A stretch of DNA of 64,000 nt from positions 299,466 through 363,465 of the forward strand of contig JAUJOR010000001.1 in assembly GCA_030447525.1 (NCBI GenBank), in the 5' to 3' direction. The stretch is from Chloroflexota bacterium (GTDB lineage Bacteria; Chloroflexota; UBA11872; UBA12225). The notes beneath the pieces were generated by a model, which saw only the letters and a program-made list of their open reading frames with translations, ran no database searches and was not told the origin of the DNA. A program made the position numbers and the translations under genes. Below are positions 58,398-64,000 of the stretch, piece by piece; position 1 is the first letter of the stretch, and the number at the start of each line of letters is the position of its first letter.

Positions 58398-60170
58398 ATG
58401 AACCTGGACGCCCTGGCACTTGGCGCCGTGTGCGCCGAACTGCGCCGCACTATCCTGGGTGGACGGGTGCAGCACGTGCATCTCCCGGACGAGCATGGCC
58501 TGGCGATGGAGCTCTACGCCGCGGGTCAGGCGCGCTGGCTCTATGCCTCGGCCCACCCACAGCGCGCCCGGCTGCACCTGGTCACGTCCCGGCCGCCGCG
58601 CCCCTCGGACGACGTGACGCCAGTCCTGCTCATGTTACGGAAATACGTGCACGAGGGCCGGCTGGACGGCGTGCGGCAGCCGGCCCTCGAGCGGATCGTC
58701 CATCTGCAGTTCAGCAAGCGTGCGCCGTCCGGCGCGATCTGGCGCACCACGCTGGTGGTCGAGCTGATGGGACGACAAAGCAACCTCATCCTCCTGGACG
58801 AGGATGGCACGGTGATGGACGCAACGAAGCGCGTCGGGCCGCAGCAGAGCCGCAGCCGGGTGGTGCTACCGCAGCGGCGCTACGATCCGCCAGCGATGCC
58901 AGAGCGCCTCGATCCCCGCCGGGTACAGGAGGGTGACCTGGCTCTGCGTGGGGCCACGGCCGCGCCGGAGCAGCCCCTGCGCCAGCTCCTCGTAGGTGCC
59001 GTGCAGGCCTGCAGCCCTCTGCTGGCCCGGGAGGTAGTCTACGGCGTCCACGGCGACGCCGGAGCCACGGTGGGGCGCGACGGCTGGGAGGGGCTGGCCG
59101 CAGGGCTGCGGGAGGTGTGGGGGGCGTCCGAAGAGGGACGTTGGGCGCCGACGGCGGCCTTCGAGGGGGAGCGCCTCGTCGCCTACGCCGCCTACCCGTT
59201 GCGGAGCTTCCCGGACGTCCGTCCGGCGCCGAGCATCAGCCGGGCCATCGAGCGCTGGTTCGAGGAAGCGGCGCCGGCGGCGGGGCCGGAAGGCCCCCTC
59301 CAGGTGGGTACCCTGCAGGCGCGCAAGGCCCCCCTGCGCCAGGCGCTGGAAGGGGCCCGTGACCGGCTGCGGGCCAAGCGCTACTCCCTGCAGCAGGGGC
59401 TGATCGACGAGGCGGAGGTGATCCGGCTGCGCCGCGCCGGGGAGCACCTCCTGGCCTTTGGCCGAGAGCTGGCGCCTGGTACAGATCGCTTCAGCCTGCC
59501 GGATGACTCCACGACGCTGGCGGCCGACCCGACGCTCAGCGCGGTAGAGAACGCCCAGCGGTATTTCTCCCGCTACGCCAAGGCCAAGGGGGCCGCGCGG
59601 GAGGTACCGGCGCTCCTCGCCGCCACGGAGCACGAGCTGCGCTACCTGGACGAGGCGCTGACCCACCTCGACCTGGCCGAAGGGCCGGACGAGATCGCCG
59701 GCCTGCGGGCGGAGTGGGGGGAGCTGGGGTACCTCGGGGCCGGCGGACGCCCAAAATCCAGGGGCGGGGCTACCGGCAAGACCAGGCGACGCCAGCCGGA
59801 CCGGCACCAGGGCCGAGGGGCGGCGCCGTACCGCCGCCTGGTGATCGACGGCTTCGAGGTGCTGGTGGGGCGGAGCGGGAAAGGGAACGACGCCCTCCTG
59901 TCGCGCGACGGGCACCCCGCCGACCTCTGGCTGCACGCCCGGGGCCTACCCGGAGGGCACGTCCTCATTCGCACCGCCGGGCGCCCCGTACCGGACCCGG
60001 TTCTACGCCAGGCGGCAGGGATCGCCGCCGGTCAGAGCCAGGGCCGCACCGCCCCCACGGTCGCCGTCGACTACACCCTGCGCAAGTACGTCGACCGGAT
60101 CAAGGGGGCCCCACCGGGGTTGGTCACCTATAGGGGGGAGCGGACGATCCACGTCCCGCCAGCTGAGTAG
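58398..60170 (+). CDS. Rqc2/RqcH-family (NFACT) ribosome quality control protein; fibronectin-binding-protein-A N-terminal domain plus a DUF814/NFACT-R C-terminus
   Basis: The NFACT-N region is LELMGRQSNLILLDEDGTV. The NFACT-R region is VIDGFEVLVGRSGKGNDALL...HARGLPGGHVLIRTAGRPVPDPVLRQAAGIAA. Confidence 0.8.
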   Translation: MNLDALALGAVCAELRRTILGGRVQHVHLPDEHGLAMELYAAGQARWLYASAHPQRARLHLVTSRPPRPSDDVTPVLLMLRKYVHEGRLDGVRQPALERIVHLQFSKRAPSGAIWRTTLVVELMGRQSNLILLDEDGTVMDATKRVGPQQSRSRVVLPQRRYDPPAMPERLDPRRVQEGDLALRGATAAPEQPLRQLLVGAVQACSPLLAREVVYGVHGDAGATVGRDGWEGLAAGLREVWGASEEGRWAPTAAFEGERLVAYAAYPLRSFPDVRPAPSISRAIERWFEEAAPAAGPEGPLQVGTLQARKAPLRQALEGARDRLRAKRYSLQQGLIDEAEVIRLRRAGEHLLAFGRELAPGTDRFSLPDDSTTLAADPTLSAVENAQRYFSRYAKAKGAAREVPALLAATEHELRYLDEALTHLDLAEGPDEIAGLRAEWGELGYLGAGGRPKSRGGATGKTRRRQPDRHQGRGAAPYRRLVIDGFEVLVGRSGKGNDALLSRDGHPADLWLHARGLPGGHVLIRTAGRPVPDPVLRQAAGIAAGQSQGRTAPTVAVDYTLRKYVDRIKGAPPGLVTYRGERTIHVPPAE

Positions 60171-60234
60171 GAGCGCGTCGGACGTCCCCGACCCGCCAGG
60201 AGAGCGCTGGCGCCGAGCGCAGGGCGCCCGGCGC

Positions 60235-61059
60235 TCAAGGACGGCGGGCGACGAAGATGGCCCGGGGCGACGTGCGGGTAAGCGGGTCGCCCCGGTAGGT
60301 GCCATATGTCGCCTCCACGGCGTACCCCTCCCGCTCCAGCAGGGCCCGCACCTGATCCGGCTCCGCCAGGCGCAAGCGGTAGGTAAACTGGGCCAGCCGG
60401 CTGGCCGGGGCGTCGCTGAGAGGTTCGGCGGCGTAGTAGCGCACCTCCGAGACGCCCTGCCGGCGTGCGGGATCGTAGGTGTAGTCCTTGATGCGCAGTA
60501 CGGTCTGGCCCTGCCAGGGCAGGGCGAGGCGCTGGGTGATTCCGGTCTCGTTCTGCCGGTCGTCGTCGTTCGGTGGGAACACGTCCAGGACGAAGCGCCC
60601 TTCCGGGGCCAGGTGGCGGGCGACGGCGCGCAGGCAGCTCGCCTGGCCCGCCTCGTTGTCCAGGAGCCAGAAGGAGTTGTAGGCGATAAAGACGAGGCCG
60701 AACTGGCGCCCAGGGAGATCAAAGGCGGCCATGTCCGCTTCCACCCAGTCCAGTCGGGCGGCCACGGACGGGGGGAGGCGAGCGCAGCGCGCCCGGGCGC
60801 GTTCCAGCATCCCGGGGGCGCGCTCCAGGCCGGTGACCCGGTGTCCCTTACGCGCCAGGGCGATGGCAACACGGCCGCTCCCGGCGGCGAGCTCGAGGAC
60901 GGCGCCGCCGGAGGTGCCGGCCAGCTGGTGCCAGAAGCCGAGCTCTGCCCCCCGGCAGGCGGGATGCTCCAGGTCATACAGGCGGGCGATCGTCCCCCAG
61001 TCTTCCTGCGAGGGAGGGTCGCTGCTCTGGTAGACTCGGCGCCCAGCGCCCGGGCGCAT
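60235..61059 (-). CDS. Class I SAM-dependent methyltransferase
   Basis: Motif I is VLELAAGSGRVAIALARKGHRVTGLE, and the post-I acidic residue and motif II (LVFIAYNSF) are present. The start is uncertain (61059 or 61116). Confidence 0.7.
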   Translation of the reverse strand: MRPGAGRRVYQSSDPPSQEDWGTIARLYDLEHPACRGAELGFWHQLAGTSGGAVLELAAGSGRVAIALARKGHRVTGLERAPGMLERARARCARLPPSVAARLDWVEADMAAFDLPGRQFGLVFIAYNSFWLLDNEAGQASCLRAVARHLAPEGRFVLDVFPPNDDDRQNETGITQRLALPWQGQTVLRIKDYTYDPARRQGVSEVRYYAAEPLSDAPASRLAQFTYRLRLAEPDQVRALLEREGYAVEATYGTYRGDPLTRTSPRAIFVARRP

Positions 61060-61117
61060 GGCCAGGCGCACCGTACGTTCTGACGCGCTGTTCTTGGAGG
61101 AGGACACAAAGGACATG

Positions 61118-62539
61118 GCCGACGTCCGACCTTTCCCTGGGCTGCGCTTCGATCCGGCGCAGGTCGACCTGGGCGCCGCCGTGTGTCCGCCGTTTGACGT
61201 CATCTCTCCGGCAGAGCAGAGAGCGTATCACGCGCGCGATCCGCACAACATCGTCCGCGTGGAGCTGGGAATGGGGCCGGCCGATCCCGACGCCCCGGGG
61301 AATCGGTACGCCGCGGCCGCCGCCGCCCTGGCGGCCTGGCGCCGGGAGGGGACGTTGCGCCCGGACGCCACGCCGGCGTTCTACCTCTACGAGCATGCCT
61401 TCCAGCACCAGCACCGCACGGTCGTGCGGCGCGGGCTGTTCGTGGCCGGACGTCTCCATGAGCCATCCGCCACGGGCGTCCTGCCCCACGAGGACACGCG
61501 TAAGGGGCCGATCACGGACCGCCTGGCCCTGCTCCGCGCCACGGCGACGAACGTCAGCCCCCTGTGGCTGCTGTACGAGGACGCCGACAAATCGGTGGCC
61601 CGATCCCTGGAGAGGGGCTGGGACGCGCCGGTGGCCGCCGTGGCTGAGGGCGAGGGGGAGCGGCACAGCCTGCGAGTCGTCGACGATCCGCGGACTCTGC
61701 GTGCCGTGGTGGCCGCCTTTGCCGCGCGTCCGCTGTACATTGCCGACGGCCACCATCGCTACAAGACGGCGCAGGTCTACCGTGACGAGCGCAGGGGGAC
61801 AAGCTCAGGGGGCCGGAACGGCCAGCCGGACGGCCAGCCGGACGCCGGCTACGAGTTCGCCCTCATGCTCCTGGTGCCACTGGACGATCCCGGGCTGATG
61901 GTGCTGCCGACACACCGGCTGGTGCGCCACTCCGGGCGACCCCTGGAGGACGTGCGCCGGGCCCTGGCCCAGTGGCTGACCCTGGAGCCGTTACCCCCGC
62001 CCGGTGGGGGAACCGACGCGACCGCGACCGCCCTGACGCGCGTCCTGGACGCCGCCGGGGTGGCGGGGCACGCCTTTGTGCTCCTCGAGCGCGAGGGGGC
62101 TTGGCTGCTCAGGTTGCGCGAAGACGTAGACTGGCGTAGCCACCTCCCGGCAGGACACGGGGCAGCCTGGCAAGGACTGGACGTGGCCGTGCTCGACGCC
62201 CTGGCCATCCGTGGCGCCTGCGGCATCCGCGCCGAGGCGGAATCGGCTGGCGCCGGGGAGGCGAGTCACACCCCGCCCTCGCCGGATCTGACTCCCCGTC
62301 TCCCCACAGCGGGCTCGCCCGACCGCCTGGCCTACGTTTCCCAGGCCGTCGACGCGGTGGAGGCCATCCGCCGCGGCGAGGCCGACCAGGCCTACCTCCT
62401 CAACCCCACGCGTGTGGAGCAGGTCTGCGCCGTCGCCGCCGCCGGCGACCGCATGCCCCCCAAGTCTACGTTCTTCTATCCGAAGCCGGTCACGGGCCTG
62501 GTGCTGCACTCCCTGGAGGGCACGCGTCCGGCGCCGTGA
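61118..62539 (+). CDS. DUF1015-domain protein
   Basis: The conserved N-terminus is MADVRPFPGLRFDP...VCPPFDVIS, with ADGHHRY in the core, and the C-terminus is STFFYPKPVTGLVLHSLE. The ATG at 61118 is preceded by GGAGGAGG. Confidence 0.75.
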   Translation, partial: ADVRPFPGLRFDPAQVDLGAAVCPPFDVISPAEQRAYHARDPHNIVRVELGMGPADPDAPGNRYAAAAAALAAWRREGTLRPDATPAFYLYEHAFQHQHRTVVRRGLFVAGRLHEPSATGVLPHEDTRKGPITDRLALLRATATNVSPLWLLYEDADKSVARSLERGWDAPVAAVAEGEGERHSLRVVDDPRTLRAVVAAFAARPLYIADGHHRYKTAQVYRDERRGTSSGGRNGQPDGQPDAGYEFALMLLVPLDDPGLMVLPTHRLVRHSGRPLEDVRRALAQWLTLEPLPPPGGGTDATATALTRVLDAAGVAGHAFVLLEREGAWLLRLREDVDWRSHLPAGHGAAWQGLDVAVLDALAIRGACGIRAEAESAGAGEASHTPPSPDLTPRLPTAGSPDRLAYVSQAVDAVEAIRRGEADQAYLLNPTRVEQVCAVAAAGDRMPPKSTFFYPKPVTGLVLHSLEGTRPAP

Positions 62540-62756
62540 ACAAGTGGTCATGCCCCGCCGGTGGCTGGCAGGGCAGGAAACGTGGTGCGCCATCTTCACA
62601 GGAAACGTGGTGCGCTATCTTCACAGGAAGTGCCATGTCCGGGACGGACAGAGACGGCAAGGGAAATGGGGAGCGCGCCGGGACGATCGTCAGCTATGCT
62701 CGCAGGAACGTGACAGGAATCCGGCGCCGTCGGGAGACGGCTTGCAGAACGGGGCG

Positions 62757-63662
62757 CTAGCGGAGCGCCCGCTGCAGATCGGCGGCCGCCCGGGGGCTGG
62801 CGAGATGAGCCGAGCCCACCTGCACGGCCACCGCCCCGGCGCGGAGGTAGGCGCTGGCCTGGGCCGGGCCGACGACCCCGCCACAGGCGACGATGGGGAG
62901 TGGTGCGCCTGGGGCCAGGCCAGCGACCAGCTCGAGGATGACCGGGAAGGTGGCCGGCCCGACGAGTCGACCCCCTTCTGACACGGACTGCTCCGCCGTC
63001 TCGTCCTGTCCCGCCCCTTCAGGGTACTGCCGGCGCCTTCCTCTGCCGCTCCACCCTCCCACCGCCGGGAGGCCGGCGGCAAGCGTGGCCGCACTGACCC
63101 GCGCCGCCGCCGCGCCCTGCAGCGTGGCGTCCATGTCCGGGGCATGGGCGGGGAGCTTGACCAGCACCGGCAGGTCACAAACGCGCCGCACGTCACCCAC
63201 GATACGACGAAGGGCCAGGGGATCGAAACCGAAGGGAACTCCCGTCTCGTCGTCCGGCGCCGTGAGGTCGAGCTCGAGGGCGCGGATGCCCGGCACTCCC
63301 TCCAGCTCCCCAGCGGCGAGGGCGAAATCACCCGCCGTTGCCCCCTTGAGGTTGACGATTACCGGGTATGGGGCGCTGGCCCACAGCCGGGCATAGCGGA
63401 GCAGGGCGACGTCTACCCCCAGGGCGGCCCTCCCCGGGGTGTACACCACCCCGGCTGCGGTCTCGGTCAGGCGTGGGGCCCTGCCCGCGCGTGACCGCCA
63501 GGAGATGCCGGAGGTGATGGCGGCCCCCAGGGTGTCTGGAGCTGCCGCATCCTCCGGCTCACCGGCAGCCGCCGGGAGTGGGCCCGCCCCGTAGCCCAGC
63601 GAGCCGGCGGCCGCGATCACCTCCGCCGGGAGGCGTAGGGCGCCCAGGTGCACTTGAGACAT
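62757..63662 (-). CDS. Dihydroorotate dehydrogenase family (PyrD type-1-like, TIM barrel) protein
   Basis: The substrate-site motif is LPAEVIAAAGSLGYGAG. The sequence ...YPVIVNLKGATAGDFALAAGELE...PVLVKLP...PIVACGGVVGPAQASAYLRAGAVAVQVGSA is also present. It has atypical Gly/Arg-rich inserts. Confidence 0.65.
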   Translation of the reverse strand: MSQVHLGALRLPAEVIAAAGSLGYGAGPLPAAAGEPEDAAAPDTLGAAITSGISWRSRAGRAPRLTETAAGVVYTPGRAALGVDVALLRYARLWASAPYPVIVNLKGATAGDFALAAGELEGVPGIRALELDLTAPDDETGVPFGFDPLALRRIVGDVRRVCDLPVLVKLPAHAPDMDATLQGAAAARVSAATLAAGLPAVGGWSGRGRRRQYPEGAGQDETAEQSVSEGGRLVGPATFPVILELVAGLAPGAPLPIVACGGVVGPAQASAYLRAGAVAVQVGSAHLASPRAAADLQRALR

Positions 63663-63685
63663 GCGTGCGCTTCCTCCCTCTGGAG

Positions 63686-63746
63686 CCCGCCCTGTGGGAC
63701 CCGCCCTGTGGGACCCGCCCTGTGGGACCCTCCCCGCAGGGCGGAC
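63686..63746 (-). repeat. Three direct 15-bp repeats (sense strand GTCCCACAGGGCGGG) plus an inverted partner (CCGCCCTGCGGG), directly upstream of the SD of the PyrD-like gene
   Basis: It is read directly in the sequence. On the mRNA-sense strand the 5' arm CCGCCCTGCGGG can pair with any of three downstream CCCACAGGGCGG copies. The sequence CUCCAGAGGGAGG overlaps the SD. Confidence 0.8.
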
Positions 63747-64000
63747 GCCGGTCCGGCACCGCGAGGCAAAGGGAGTCGCTCAGCCCCGGGGGACACAGGG
63801 TAGCGCGCCACCGAGCGCCACGGCGTGTCGAGTGTACTGAGTATTACCGCCGGGCAGTTTCGAGGCCCGGTCTCGGTTTTCCAGGGAAGAGTGCTACACT
63901 ACGCCAGGTCTCGGGGGACGCGGCCGCCGGGGTCGGCTGCGGTCACCGAGGGCGGTCGTCGGGGGTAGGCTTGCACCAGTCGTCATGGGCGTGATAATCG

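Overview
This is a high-GC (roughly 70%) bacterial chromosomal segment. The content (MurT/GatD, SecDF, a DUF348/G5/3D protein, TAT-lipoprotein solute-binding proteins, many low-complexity inserts in housekeeping enzymes) is consistent with a Chloroflexota- or Actinobacteria-like organism. I could not run any searches, so all protein calls rest on recognising motifs in the supplied translations. Because of the GC content nearly every region has long spurious antisense ORFs, and I ignored them. The window is mostly core housekeeping genes, in order: a purine operon on the minus strand (purL partial, purQ, purS, purC, purB, purD) followed by guaA; a sugar ABC transporter with two tandem paralogous solute-binding proteins; a DUF348/G5/3D cell-wall protein; rsmA, pth and mfd; a small glycosylation cluster (GT2, Nudix, ArnT/PMT-like GT39); tRNA-Tyr; a YciI plus ECF-sigma pair; infA; an FHA-wHTH regulator upstream of a polyamine cluster (membrane spermidine-synthase-like, speH, speB); cspA; an amino-acid ABC operon led by a HAD hydrolase; vapBC; secDF; SDR and Gfo/Idh/MocA oxidoreductases; a GT1 next to an ArsS-like radical SAM enzyme; MurT, GatD and RqcH; a methyltransferase; a DUF1015 protein; and a PyrD-like gene. 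The most notable features are: (a) an IS1182/IS5-family element with 14/15-bp inverted repeats and a 6-bp CCCCGG target duplication, inserted into codon ~46 of dprA, whose own transposase gene is frameshifted; (b) a neighbourhood at 52.7-55.5 kb where radC carries an in-frame TGA and a GT39 gene carries an in-frame TAG plus a C8-tract frameshift; (c) several short tandem repeat arrays, some in-frame in coding sequence and others in promoter, 5'UTR or intergenic DNA.
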